Of a DNA stretch of 57,401 nt, positions 40,426 through 50,324 are shown piece after piece (positions within the stretch are counted from its first letter, which is position 1; each line of letters opens with the position of its first letter). The DNA is taken from the NCBI GenBank assembly GCA_964534375.1, contig CAZHPN010000010.1, positions 1 to 57,401 on the forward strand, read 5' to 3'. Both the position numbers and the translations under genes were made by a program. This stretch comes from an uncultured bacterium. GTDB lineage: Bacteria > Lernaellota > Lernaellaia > Lernaellales > Lernaellaceae. Under the pieces are notes generated by a model. It did not search any database and was not told the DNA's origin. It saw only the letters and a program-made list of their open reading frames with translations.

Positions 40426-41871
40426 GTGAACGAACGAACGGACCGCATCGATGTGGCGCACGTCCGCCACGTGCACCTGATTGCGATTTGCGGCGTGGGC
40501 ATGGGCAGCCTGGCGGGCATGCTCAAGGCGCGCGGGCTGCAGGTCACGGGCAGCGACGCCGCGGTGTATCCGCCGATGAGCGAGCAGCTTGCGGCGCACG
40601 GCATTCCCGTGCTGCCGGGCTACCACCCCGCGCATCTGACGCCGCGGCCGGATCTGGTGGTCGTCGGCAACGCCATCAGCAAGGGCAATCCGGAAGGCGA
40701 CGCGGCGATCGCGGCCGGAATTCCGTATGTGTCGATGGCCGAAGCGGCGCGGCTGTTTTTCTTTGCCGGCAAAAAGCTGACGGCGGTGTGCGGCACGCAC
40801 GGCAAGACGACCTCGACCGCGTTGCTGTCGTGGATACTCGAAAACGCCGGCTGCGATCCGACGTATCTGGTCGGCGGAGTGCTGCGCAACACCGACGCCA
40901 GTTTTCGCGTGGGGCAGGGGCCGCTCGCCGTGGTCGAAGGCGACGAGTACGACACGGCCTGGTTCGACAAGGTTCCCAAGTTTCTGCGCTACCGGCCCGA
41001 CGTTGCGGCGCTCGGCAACATCGAGTTCGATCACGCCGATATTTACCCCGATCTCGACGCGGTGCGCGCCGCGTTCCGGACGCTCGCCGGCGTGCTGCCG
41101 GCCGACGGTTTTCTCGCCGCCGGCATCGACAGCCCCGAGGTGCGCCGCCTGCTGCCCGCGTTCGCTTGCCCCGTCCGCACGTTCGGCTTCGCGCCCGACG
41201 CGCAACTTTCCGGGCGCGTGCGCGCGCTCGATCCGGACCGGATGACGTTTCAAGTAACCGCGAACGGCCGCCACCGCGGCATTTACGAGGCGCGGCTCGT
41301 CGGCGACTACAACCTGCTGAACATCCTGGGCGTGATGGTGCTGTGCGACCGGCTCGGCGTCGACGACCGCGCGTTTCGCGACGGCCTCGAAACGTTCGCC
41401 GGCGTCAGACGCCGCCAGCAGATCGTCGGCGAAGCGGCCGGCATCCTCGTGATCGACGATTTTGCGCATCATCCGACGGCGGTCCGGGTCACGCTCGCGG
41501 CGTTGCGCGATGCGCGGCCGAACCGCCGGCTCGTCGCGGCGTTCGAGCCGCGCACGAACACCTCGCGCCGCAACGTCTTTCAGCAGGAATACGCCGAGGC
41601 GTTCGACGCGGCCGATTTCGTCGTCGTCTGCGACGTGCAGGCCGCGGCCAAGGCCCCGCCGCCGGACAAACTCGACGTCGCGCGGCTCGTCGCCGACATT
41701 CGCGCGCCCGGCCGCGCGGCGGAACGCGCCGCGGATTACGACGCGGCGCTGGCGCTGCTCGCGGCGAACCTGCGGTTCGGCGACCAGGTCGTTTTTCTCT
41801 CGAACGGCGGCTTCGGCGCGCTGCCGCAGCGCTGCCTGGAGCTGCTGCAAGTGCGGGAAAAAGGCGAATGA
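40426..41871 (+). CDS. mpl: murein peptide ligase (UDP-MurNAc:L-Ala-gamma-D-Glu-mDAP ligase)
   Basis: HLIAICGVGMGSLA, VYPPMS, GTHGKTTS, EGDEYDTAWFDK, EFDHADIY, DDFAHHPT, FEPRTNT, SNGGFG. Confidence 0.93.
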   Translation: MNERTDRIDVAHVRHVHLIAICGVGMGSLAGMLKARGLQVTGSDAAVYPPMSEQLAAHGIPVLPGYHPAHLTPRPDLVVVGNAISKGNPEGDAAIAAGIPYVSMAEAARLFFFAGKKLTAVCGTHGKTTSTALLSWILENAGCDPTYLVGGVLRNTDASFRVGQGPLAVVEGDEYDTAWFDKVPKFLRYRPDVAALGNIEFDHADIYPDLDAVRAAFRTLAGVLPADGFLAAGIDSPEVRRLLPAFACPVRTFGFAPDAQLSGRVRALDPDRMTFQVTANGRHRGIYEARLVGDYNLLNILGVMVLCDRLGVDDRAFRDGLETFAGVRRRQQIVGEAAGILVIDDFAHHPTAVRVTLAALRDARPNRRLVAAFEPRTNTSRRNVFQQEYAEAFDAADFVVVCDVQAAAKAPPPDKLDVARLVADIRAPGRAAERAADYDAALALLAANLRFGDQVVFLSNGGFGALPQRCLELLQVREKGE

Positions 41872-42851
41872 GCGGCGAAATCGCCCTGTTCGACGCGGGC
41901 GGCCGCACGGCGATCGTCGCCGCGGCCACGCTCGACGGCATCGCCGGGGCCGCGATCTGGGCCGGCCGGCGCGCGCCGGTGAAGACGCTGCTGTTCGCGC
42001 CCGAGGGCCAGACCGGGCCGGCCTTCGCCGCGCCGGCGCTCGCCGCGCCCGACGTCGCGCGGCTCTACGGTCTCGGGTTGCCGCTGATCGCCGGCGATTT
42101 GCCGGCGGTGGCGACGGCGTTCGGCCGCGCGGGCCTGGCGGAGACGGTCTGGCTCGATCACCATTACATCCATGCCGAACACGCGGCGGAATTGCGGCGG
42201 CGCGGCGCGCACGTGGTCAACGATCCGGCGCGCGACGATTCGACCGACCTGCTGCTCTGGTATCTCGGGCGGCCGCAGGATTGGGAACTGGCGCTGGCGC
42301 AGGCGCTGCGCGACGATCCGGAGAATGCGCCCGAGCCGTGGCGCAGTTGGATGTACGTTTTTCTGGCGACGCAGAGCGAGCCGTTCGCCATCCGGCGCGC
42401 CATTCAGCCGCTGACCGAGCAGCGCTTCGAGGCTTACGATCCGGCGCTGCGCGAGGCGGGCGAAACCCGCTGGCGCGAGGTGCGCGAGTTCGCCGCGGGC
42501 GCGATCCACGAGACCGCCGTCGGCGACCGCCGCCTGGCGATCGTCGGCCTGCCGCCGTCGGCGCAAAACGACTACCGCCTGCTGGCAGACGCGGTCTTGC
42601 GGCGGCGGGGCGTCGATCTGGCGTTGGTGTTTTTCGACGGCGTGCCGCGCCTGGCGTTGCGGCGGCTGCCGGTCGCCGCGCCGGGCGACGATTTCCCGGC
42701 GCTGGCCGACTTGCCGTTGGCGCCGGGCGGCCGCGCGTATTTGTACGATCGGAACACGCTATTCTTGGAAACCTCGGCGGCGGGTCCGCTGGCCGATCTG
42801 GGGCACGTCGTCGACGCCTTGCGCGCGCATTTCGCCGAAACGCAACCGTAG
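41868..42851 (+). CDS. hypothetical protein, divergent DHH-phosphoesterase-like
   Basis: ATGA overlap with mpl; TLDG and VWLDHH motifs. Confidence 0.65.
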   Translation: MSGEIALFDAGGRTAIVAAATLDGIAGAAIWAGRRAPVKTLLFAPEGQTGPAFAAPALAAPDVARLYGLGLPLIAGDLPAVATAFGRAGLAETVWLDHHYIHAEHAAELRRRGAHVVNDPARDDSTDLLLWYLGRPQDWELALAQALRDDPENAPEPWRSWMYVFLATQSEPFAIRRAIQPLTEQRFEAYDPALREAGETRWREVREFAAGAIHETAVGDRRLAIVGLPPSAQNDYRLLADAVLRRRGVDLALVFFDGVPRLALRRLPVAAPGDDFPALADLPLAPGGRAYLYDRNTLFLETSAAGPLADLGHVVDALRAHFAETQP

Positions 42852-42856
42852 TTCTA

Positions 42857-42905
42857 TCCGCGTGCATCCGACGCAGCCGTGGCGGAGTCGCGTGCATTCG
42901 CGGTT
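42857..42905. repeat. CACGCGAATG-family repeat (reverse arm)
   Basis: atccgcgtgcatccg ... tcgcgtgcattcgcggtt. Confidence 0.65.
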
Positions 42906-42981
42906 CCAGTCCGCCGTTCCATTTGGTTTCCATTCTTCGCGGTGTTGCAATCATCATCTCTCTTCGCCACACTGGCGCGCG

Positions 42982-44052
42982 ATGAAGTCTTTTTCGCCGA
43001 TCGCGCGATGGCGCGCAATTCTGGCGGGCGCGGCCCTGGCGGGGCTGGCGCTGGCGGCCTGCACGTGCGCGAAAAAAAGCCCGCTGCCGTCCGCCGCCGA
43101 CCTCGGACCGTTCGCCGAAGACCGGCAAATGATGGGTTCGCCGGCGCAGATCCAGGCGGTCGGCGTGGGCGAGCGCGAGGCGAGGGCGGCGATCGCCGCC
43201 GGGTTCGCGGCGATGCAGGAACTGGAGAAGCACGCGCACCCGGATTGGGAAGACTCGGACATCTACCGGCTCAATGCGGCGGCGGGCGGCGGGCCGCTGG
43301 CGATGCACGACGAAGTTTTCGACATGATGCGCGTCGCGGCCGACGTTTCCGCGTTGACCCACGGCGGCTTCGACATCACCTTCGCCGGCGTCGGCAAGCT
43401 GTGGCATATTCAAGATCCGCAGAATTTTCGCGTGCCGTCCGACGACGAAATCAAGCAGGCGATGGTCAACGTCGGCTGGCGCGGGCTCGAACTCGACCCG
43501 GAGAAGAAGACGGCGCGGCTGGCGCGGCCGGGCATGCGCGTCGGCCTCGGCGCGGTCGGCAAAGGTTGGGCCGCGCAGCTCGGGCTGGAAGCGATGAAGA
43601 AGGCGGGCGTGACCAACGCGATCGTCAACGCCGGCGGGAAGATGGCGATCGGCGGCACGAAGCTGGGCCAGCCGTGGCGCGTGGGCATTCAGCATCCGCG
43701 CAAGCCGCGCGACGCGTCGATCGCGGTGCTCGAAATTCGGGGCGACCAGGCGGTCATCACGTCGGGCGATTACGAGCGGTTCGTCATGCACGACGGCGTC
43801 CGCTACAATCACATTCTCGACGCGCGCACGGGCCGGCCTACCGACCCCTGCCAGAGCGTGACCACGATCGGTCCGCATGCCGGGGTCGCTAATGCGTTGT
43901 CGGCGGCCGTTTTCATCCTCGGGCCGGACGAGGGCCTCGCGATGCTCGCGGCGCATTATCCGGATTACGCGGCGCTGATCGTCGACGCGCAGGGCCGAAT
44001 TCGCATGTCGCCGAACCTCGCGGCAAAGGCAAAGGTCGTGGAGATTGAGTAA
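42982..44052 (+). CDS. apbE: FAD:protein FMN transferase lipoprotein
   Basis: Lipobox LAAC; MMGS, GGFDIT, LGAVGKGW, VNAGG, WRVGIQHPR, TSGDYERF, HILDARTG. Confidence 0.93.
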   Translation: MKSFSPIARWRAILAGAALAGLALAACTCAKKSPLPSAADLGPFAEDRQMMGSPAQIQAVGVGEREARAAIAAGFAAMQELEKHAHPDWEDSDIYRLNAAAGGGPLAMHDEVFDMMRVAADVSALTHGGFDITFAGVGKLWHIQDPQNFRVPSDDEIKQAMVNVGWRGLELDPEKKTARLARPGMRVGLGAVGKGWAAQLGLEAMKKAGVTNAIVNAGGKMAIGGTKLGQPWRVGIQHPRKPRDASIAVLEIRGDQAVITSGDYERFVMHDGVRYNHILDARTGRPTDPCQSVTTIGPHAGVANALSAAVFILGPDEGLAMLAAHYPDYAALIVDAQGRIRMSPNLAAKAKVVEIE

Positions 44053-44899
44053 GACAACGAGAAATCTGCTGATATATTCAATAGTTGTCGCGTGCGTCTT
44101 CGCCGTTTTTGTTGTTTTGAGCGGTCACCGCGGGCCGTCGACCGGCCAATTGCGCAAGGCCACGGCCTTGGCCGAGAAGATGGACGCCGCGCTGGCCGTC
44201 GAGAAACCCGATTGGGAGACGATCAAACCGCTGTATTGGCGCGGGACGCTGTCGCGCGTGGCCGCCGAAACGCGCAACTCCGCCGCCAACGTCAACCTGA
44301 AGCTCAAAATCGACGAGATTTTCGACCTGGCGCACGAAAGCGGCGCCACGGAGGACATCAACGCCATCATCGCGCGGCGCACCCTGTGGCGGATCGTCGC
44401 CTTGCTGCTCGAAAACGAGATCGCGCCGCCGAAAAAGGCGCCGGCGCTGGCGGAGCGCCGAACGCGGGCGACGATTCTGCTCGACAGCCTGTGCCGCCTG
44501 ATCGCGCGCGCCGAGCCCGACAAGGGCGCCGCGTACGGCCGGCTGCTGCACGCGCGCGAGCAGCACTGGGCCGGCAAACCCGACGCGGCGGCGGCGCAGG
44601 CGTACTTCGACGCGATCGACGGCGTAATGGCGGACATGACGCTACGGCGCCTGGCGCAGTGGCGCGCGCTCGACAAGACGAACGCGACGCAACGCCGGCA
44701 GGCGGTCGTCCTGCAGGCCGACATGCGGCAGTTGTTCTCGGTGCTGTATCCGCGGCTGTTCGACGAAGACCAGCACGATTCGTGGACCGCGTTGACCGAG
44801 TTCACGAACGATCCGGCCAAGATGGACGCGGACTACATCGAGAACGTGCTGCGCAAATTCCGAAACCGCCAATTGGCCATCGCGGGCGAGGCGATGTAG
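44045..44899 (+). CDS. hypothetical membrane-anchored helical protein
   Basis: TTG overlapping apbE end; N-terminal TM. Confidence 0.75.
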   Translation: MSKTTRNLLIYSIVVACVFAVFVVLSGHRGPSTGQLRKATALAEKMDAALAVEKPDWETIKPLYWRGTLSRVAAETRNSAANVNLKLKIDEIFDLAHESGATEDINAIIARRTLWRIVALLLENEIAPPKKAPALAERRTRATILLDSLCRLIARAEPDKGAAYGRLLHAREQHWAGKPDAAAAQAYFDAIDGVMADMTLRRLAQWRALDKTNATQRRQAVVLQADMRQLFSVLYPRLFDEDQHDSWTALTEFTNDPAKMDADYIENVLRKFRNRQLAIAGEAM

Positions 44900-44960
44900 G
44901 GCTTACTGACCGCGAAGGCTGGCGACTCAGCAGAACATGCTTCTTATTCACCTTCACTTG

Positions 44961-44990
44961 ACCGCGAAGTCACGCGAATGCACGCGAATA
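44961..44990. repeat. CACGCGAATG-family repeat (forward arm)
   Basis: accgcgaagtcacgcgaatgcacgcgaata. Confidence 0.8.
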
Positions 44991-45215
44991 GAGCAGGAAG
45001 CTGTGTTCAATCATTTGCGTCTGTTTGCTGTAGTTTGGCGTAGTTTATGTGCGCATAAGAAATATTATGTAATAAAAGAGACGCCGATCGCCGGGCGACC
45101 GTCTTTGATTGAAACAGGTCCGCGCCTGAAGATGATCGCATAAGAGCCATGCGAGTTCCGGGAATATGGCTCGCCCAACAGCCGGCCTACGGCTGACCCG
45201 CCCTGGAGATAATCG

Positions 45216-47318
45216 CTATTTCGTCGGTTCTAACAGTAGCGGCGTCTCGATGTATTCGCGGCGTTGCCGCAGATAGTCTTCCTGCTTCTCGAAATCGGCT
45301 GCCGGCATCGTCAGCTTCTCGACGACGACCTCCATCTTGAAGGTCAACTGATCGGCGGCCAACGTCCACGACGCGCGCGTACGGCCCCACGGACTATCGG
45401 CGGCAAGCGGCGGCGGCAGCTCTTTCACGGTCAAATTCGACGGCAGGTGAAACCGATACTCCCAATGTTCGACGTACGGGCCTTCGAACTCGAGCGGATA
45501 TTTCCGTTGCGGATAGACGCGCTCGATTTCTTTCGTCGCGACGCCGAACAGGCGCAGCATCTGGAAACGGCCGCCGCTGACGGTCAATAGCGGGCATTCC
45601 GAGGTTCGCCGCAGCACCACCGGGTCGGCGAGATCGTTCATGCCCTCGATCGAATACGCGAGCAGCCGGCTGCGCGGCGCGAAGTCCCGCACCTCTTTTT
45701 CCATACGGTCGCGCAGTTGGCGGTCGTTCCAGCGGCGAAGATTTCGCAACGGATAGGCGTACGCGCCCGTGCGGCGGTGCTCTTCCACGATCGTTGCGCC
45801 GCCCTCGCCGGTCAGCCGCACGTCATAGGTCTGCTCGTCGCTGTTGAATGTCAGGCCCTGCGCCGGCGTCGCGCCCGTCGCGCCATGCGCCGGGTCGAGA
45901 TAAAACGCATTGCAGAGGTCGTCGGGCAACCGGCCGAGCGGCAGGTTTTCGTTGCCGACGGCGCCCCAGATGGTTTCGCCGTCGCGCGTCAGCCGCAGCA
46001 ACGGCGTGTGGAGAAACATCAGCCACGGCGCCTCGTTCAGCGGCAAATGGCTGCGCCAGCCGGCGGTCAACAGCCAGTCGGCCGACCATCCCGACGCCTG
46101 CGCCAACGCGGCAAGCAACGCCGTGCGATCGGCCACGTTGCCGCGGTTGGCGGCGAGCGTCTGCGCGGGCAACCTGGGCAGCGGATCGCGGTCCCACATC
46201 GCCACGCCCGAGTCGCGCACGTCGCGCAGGACGAAGCGATACAATGCCTCGAGCGCGGCGCGGCCGGTTTTGCCGGCGGTCAATTCGGCGGCTTTGGCCG
46301 TCACCAGCGGGTCGCCGGCCAGGCGCGGCGCGAGCGCGGCCTGATATTGACGCGCAATCGTCGGCCAGTCGGTCGCGACGGTCGCAAAATAATACGGCGC
46401 GACGGCGTTCCAGTGCGGCATGTGCGGTTCCGCCTGCAGCACCGGCGGCTGCCGCGTTTCGTAAATGACGACCCGTTGGCCGCCCTCCAGACGTTCGGTT
46501 TTCGTGACGCTCGCGTCGAAATTGCGCTCGTAGAAACGCAGCGGCATGGATTTCGGCGCTCGGATCACGACGCGGCGAAACGTGACGGGGTTCGTGTGCG
46601 CCTCGACGTGCGAGTCGCCGAAGGTTCGCAAACCAGCGAATTTCCGTCGCGAAGAGAATTGGTAATAGACGAAACCGCCGACCTTGACGTCGGGCGTCGC
46701 CAACTGCAGGCGGCGCATTTGGCTGCCGTGGCGATCGCCGTAATTCACGCTGGCGTCGCGCACGGCGCCGGCGGACAAGACGCTGACGGCGCCGTCCGGC
46801 GCGATGGCGTAGCCGAAGTCGACGCGCGCCTCGGCGTTCGACGGGTCGTAGGTGAAGGACTCGTTCGCGGCCGACAGCCCGGCCTGCTTGTCGACGCGCG
46901 TCAGCCGGCGCCAGGTCACCACCGTATGATTCTTGTCGGTCACGTCGACGCGCCACTCGTCGAACACTTCCGTCGTCGCGTGGTCCGGGTCCGGCGGCGC
47001 TTTCATCGCTTCGTGCACGAGCGCGACGATCTCGGCGTCCTTCAGATCTTCCAGCTTGCGCACCTTCGGATCGCCGATGCGCCGGCCGAGTTCGACGCGC
47101 ACCGTATCGCCGAGCGGATAGCTGCGGATTTCCCCGCTGAGCAGTTCATAACGCAGCGCACCGGCGCTCGTCGCCAGCAGCCGGCCGGGCAGTTCCTCGC
47201 CGTTTTGCAGCACGAGATTGTCGGGGCACGCCGGATCGGGCGGCGGCACGCGCCCGGCGCAACCCGCCCACCACGCCGCCATGGCGACCAGCAACGCCAA
47301 CGCACGCTTCGCGTTCAT
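45216..47318 (-). CDS. DUF3857/transglutaminase-like lipoprotein, catalytic Cys absent
   Basis: Lipobox WAGC; PDVKVGG; GNVADRTALL at the GDCxDK position; coupled (ATGA) to paralogue. Confidence 0.8.
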   Translation of the reverse strand: MNAKRALALLVAMAAWWAGCAGRVPPPDPACPDNLVLQNGEELPGRLLATSAGALRYELLSGEIRSYPLGDTVRVELGRRIGDPKVRKLEDLKDAEIVALVHEAMKAPPDPDHATTEVFDEWRVDVTDKNHTVVTWRRLTRVDKQAGLSAANESFTYDPSNAEARVDFGYAIAPDGAVSVLSAGAVRDASVNYGDRHGSQMRRLQLATPDVKVGGFVYYQFSSRRKFAGLRTFGDSHVEAHTNPVTFRRVVIRAPKSMPLRFYERNFDASVTKTERLEGGQRVVIYETRQPPVLQAEPHMPHWNAVAPYYFATVATDWPTIARQYQAALAPRLAGDPLVTAKAAELTAGKTGRAALEALYRFVLRDVRDSGVAMWDRDPLPRLPAQTLAANRGNVADRTALLAALAQASGWSADWLLTAGWRSHLPLNEAPWLMFLHTPLLRLTRDGETIWGAVGNENLPLGRLPDDLCNAFYLDPAHGATGATPAQGLTFNSDEQTYDVRLTGEGGATIVEEHRRTGAYAYPLRNLRRWNDRQLRDRMEKEVRDFAPRSRLLAYSIEGMNDLADPVVLRRTSECPLLTVSGGRFQMLRLFGVATKEIERVYPQRKYPLEFEGPYVEHWEYRFHLPSNLTVKELPPPLAADSPWGRTRASWTLAADQLTFKMEVVVEKLTMPAADFEKQEDYLRQRREYIETPLLLEPTK

Positions 47319-49393
47319 GGCTGCACCTCCCGCGCGAACGCCCGCCGGGCGAAGAACGTTTCCACGGAAACCAGCGCGTCGCGATACGCCGGGTAGTCGG
47401 CCGGGCTGATTTCCGTCTGGCGGAAAACGGTCGCGGAAACCAGCGTGAAGCCGTCGGCGGTCTTCTCGTAGCGGCCGTCGAAATGCAGCCACTTGTTGTC
47501 GATTTTCAGCGGCGGCGGCAGGTCTTCGACGCGCCAGGTCGGCGGCAGCTTCACGTGGTGCGTCGAACGCTCGACGTACGCGAGCGGCATCCGCAAATCG
47601 ACGGTGCGCGCTTGCAGATCGATGTGCGATTCGCGCCGGCGCAATTGCGGCAGGTCGACCACCCACAAGCCGCCGACGCGTTTTGCGACGTGGTCGGCGG
47701 TGAATTCCAGGGTCGACCGCAGCGGCTTGTCGAATTGGTCGACGTTTTCGTCGCGATAGCCGACGAGCTGCGCCTGGGCGCCGAACGCGACCACTTCCTT
47801 TTGCAACTGTTTTTTCCGGGCCGGCGTCGCCAGGCGCTCGAGCATCGCGCGCATCGTGGCGCCGAGGCCGCCGGTCGACTCGGTGACGCGCGTGCCGCGA
47901 ACGCCGCCGCGTTCGTCAACATTCAACGTGAACTCGGCGCTCAGGACGTTGGCGTCGGGCGGCTCGCGGTCGATAAAGCCGACCGAACGGCCGAGGGCGT
48001 CGACGTACGGCTGCCCCTGGTCGTCGAGGCGAAAATGCGGATAGCGGTAGGTTTCGGCCGTGGCGTCGAGGAAGAAGCGGCGGCCGTTGAGCCAGACCGC
48101 ATCGATCGCGTGATTGCCGCCGAGGTTCGGAATCGCATACATGTCGCGCCGGCCGCCGAAGGTGTGCAGGATGACCGGGTGCGCTTCCACGCCGACGACG
48201 CCGAGCATCGTCGCCAGCAAGATCGCCTTGTCGGTGCAGTCGCCATAACCGTTGGCGAGCGTCACCTCGGCCGGATGGCCGGTGAAGCCCGTCGCGAGGT
48301 CGGTTTTGATCGAAATGTAGCGGATCTTGCGCTGCACGAACTCGTAAATGCGGGTGATCTTGGTTTCGACGTCCGTTGCGTCGCCAACCGCTTGCGCGAC
48401 CGCCGCTTTCACCGAATCCGACGCGACCAGGCGGGTGCGGTAATATTCGGTCAACCGCGCAAATATATCTTCCCAATTTGCCAGCACGGTGGCTCGCATC
48501 GAGGCCACGACTTCGGGCAGCGGCGGCATCGACGGCTCCGCATCGAACGGCGGCATGTCGCTCGTTTCCCAAACGTAGATTTGTGCGCCGTCCGGGTCGC
48601 GACGGAGCGCTGGCTGCGCGCGATCCGGCGGCATGTTCTTCGTTTCGAAATAGAGTTGCTTGCCCGGCGGCACGCGGACCTCGACGCGCGACTGGGCCAG
48701 CGGATCCGTGCTCTGGAACATGTAGAACGGGAAAAAGAAATCCGGGCTCGGCGGCCGGAATTCCTCGGTCGTATACCAATATTCGACGATGTCGCCGACG
48801 CGCACGTCGGGGATGGTCAACGTGGTCACTTGATAGCGGTTGAAAAACGCCGCGCCGTGGGAAGGCGACACCGTCTTGCGGTCGGCGTCGGTCGCGACCC
48901 GGAAGGTCCCGTCGGGATGAATCACCACGCCGTAGGGCCCGGCCAAGCGCGAACGGGCGGCGTCCCAGTACCAGTGCACCGTCGCCCAGTGGCGGCCGTC
49001 TTCCTTCAGCACCAGGCCGGCGAAACGATAGGCGTAGCTGTTTTCGCCGTTGGCTTCGAGGCGAAACACGCCGAGGTCTTCGAGGATGACGCCGTCGTGG
49101 TTCGGCCAGCGTTCCCCCAATTCGCGGCCCTTGGCGAACATTTTTTCGTAGCGCGCGGCGTCGTAGGTCCAGGGCGTTTCCCCCGCCCTGCCCGCCACGC
49201 CGATGTTGACCTCGACGACCGCGTCGCGTTCGACCGGCGCGCCGCCGGGCACGAGAAACGTGCGGCCGTCGAACAGCAAATCGCCGTTGATGTCGACCGT
49301 CTGTCCGTTCTGCAGCAGCAAACTCGTGCCGGCGGCCGCCGGCGCCGCCGCGCAGAAAATGGCCAAAACAACAAACAATAGTCGTCCTCGCAT
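47315..49393 (-). CDS. DUF3857 + transglutaminase-like protein
   Basis: Signal peptide; PDVRVGDIVEY, FVQRKIRYIS, GYGDCTDKAILL, NHAI, FLDAT (Cys-His-Asp triad). Confidence 0.88.
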   Translation of the reverse strand: MRGRLLFVVLAIFCAAAPAAAGTSLLLQNGQTVDINGDLLFDGRTFLVPGGAPVERDAVVEVNIGVAGRAGETPWTYDAARYEKMFAKGRELGERWPNHDGVILEDLGVFRLEANGENSYAYRFAGLVLKEDGRHWATVHWYWDAARSRLAGPYGVVIHPDGTFRVATDADRKTVSPSHGAAFFNRYQVTTLTIPDVRVGDIVEYWYTTEEFRPPSPDFFFPFYMFQSTDPLAQSRVEVRVPPGKQLYFETKNMPPDRAQPALRRDPDGAQIYVWETSDMPPFDAEPSMPPLPEVVASMRATVLANWEDIFARLTEYYRTRLVASDSVKAAVAQAVGDATDVETKITRIYEFVQRKIRYISIKTDLATGFTGHPAEVTLANGYGDCTDKAILLATMLGVVGVEAHPVILHTFGGRRDMYAIPNLGGNHAIDAVWLNGRRFFLDATAETYRYPHFRLDDQGQPYVDALGRSVGFIDREPPDANVLSAEFTLNVDERGGVRGTRVTESTGGLGATMRAMLERLATPARKKQLQKEVVAFGAQAQLVGYRDENVDQFDKPLRSTLEFTADHVAKRVGGLWVVDLPQLRRRESHIDLQARTVDLRMPLAYVERSTHHVKLPPTWRVEDLPPPLKIDNKWLHFDGRYEKTADGFTLVSATVFRQTEISPADYPAYRDALVSVETFFARRAFAREVQP

Positions 49394-49572
49394 GGCCCCT
49401 CCGTCCAAGGTTCATTGTCGACTGTGTCGGCAGAATCGACCGCTTGAGGCAAATTGTCAAGAAACGCTGGGCTCGCGAAACGTGTGGACTTTTCGGAGTG
49501 TCGGGATTGCTGGCGAAATACGTTTTTTGACAAGCTCCGCTGTGGTATTAAACATTGCACGGGAGAGAGCGG

Positions 49573-50013
49573 ATGAGAGAACTGGTCGGCTGGACAATCG
49601 TGGCAATCGGGGCGGTCGCTGCCGGCCTGCTGTTTGTTTCAACCGGCGCCGGCGGATGCTCGGGCGGCAACGTGGTCTGGCCGGACGACGACGCGACGCC
49701 CGATGACGATGTCAGCCCCGACGACGACGATTCCACCGGCGTCGCCACCGTCACGATCGTGGATTACGCATTCGATCCGGATTCGGTCACGATTCCCGTC
49801 GGCGGCACAATCGTCTGGATCAATGACGGCCAAAACGATCACGAAGTCGAGAACGGCGCCCCCGGCGGTTCCGGCGCCGGCAGCGTTTTCGACTCGGGGG
49901 TTCTGCCGCCGGGCGGCAGTTACTCGTACACGTTCACGCAAGCGGGAACGTACGTGTATTTTTGCGCGATCTTCCCAACGCGGATGAACAACGCCCGCGT
50001 CGTCGTGGAGTGA
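49573..50013 (+). CDS. cupredoxin/plastocyanin-like lipoprotein
   Basis: Hydrophobic leader ending in GGC; acidic linker; FDPDSVTIPVGGTIVWIN..H, FDSG, YTF..AGTYVYFC...M. Confidence 0.85.
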   Translation: MRELVGWTIVAIGAVAAGLLFVSTGAGGCSGGNVVWPDDDATPDDDVSPDDDDSTGVATVTIVDYAFDPDSVTIPVGGTIVWINDGQNDHEVENGAPGGSGAGSVFDSGVLPPGGSYSYTFTQAGTYVYFCAIFPTRMNNARVVVE

Positions 50014-50067
50014 GGCCGGAAACGGAAAGGGCCGGCAGCAGCCGGCCCCGCGAATCTTGATATTTCT

Positions 50068-50270
50068 GAGCCTCTTGTAAAATTGGCATTTCGATCATCG
50101 GCATTTCGCGCGGACCCCTCCCCCGGCCACGCACGGCGTGGCCGCGCCCCTCCCCGCCACGGAGAGGGGCGAGGGGTCGCCTTTGCGAACCCGGGATTCG
50201 AAGAGACGCCGCGCGGCCCGCACCGTCGCCTCCCGCCTTCTGAGCTTCTTCGTATTCATGCAAGAGGCTC
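50068..50270. mobile_element. 203-bp MITE-like element with TIRs and 4-bp target-site duplication
   Basis: Ends GAGCCTCTTG(TA) / (TG)CAAGAGGCTC, flanked on both sides by TTCT; no transposase ORF; internal branched hairpin 50113-50178. Confidence 0.75.
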
Positions 50271-50314
50271 TTCTGTCGTTATACCGAAAGGTCTTCTGTC
50301 GTTATACCGAAAGG
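50269..50314. repeat. exact 23-bp tandem duplication
   Basis: TCTTCTGTCGTTATACCGAAAGG x2. Confidence 0.9.
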
Positions 50315-50324
50315 ACGGCGCCGT

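Noticed and set aside
50269..50314. 23-bp repeat as a CRISPR array
   Set aside because: Only two copies, directly adjacent with no spacer; no cas genes in the window.
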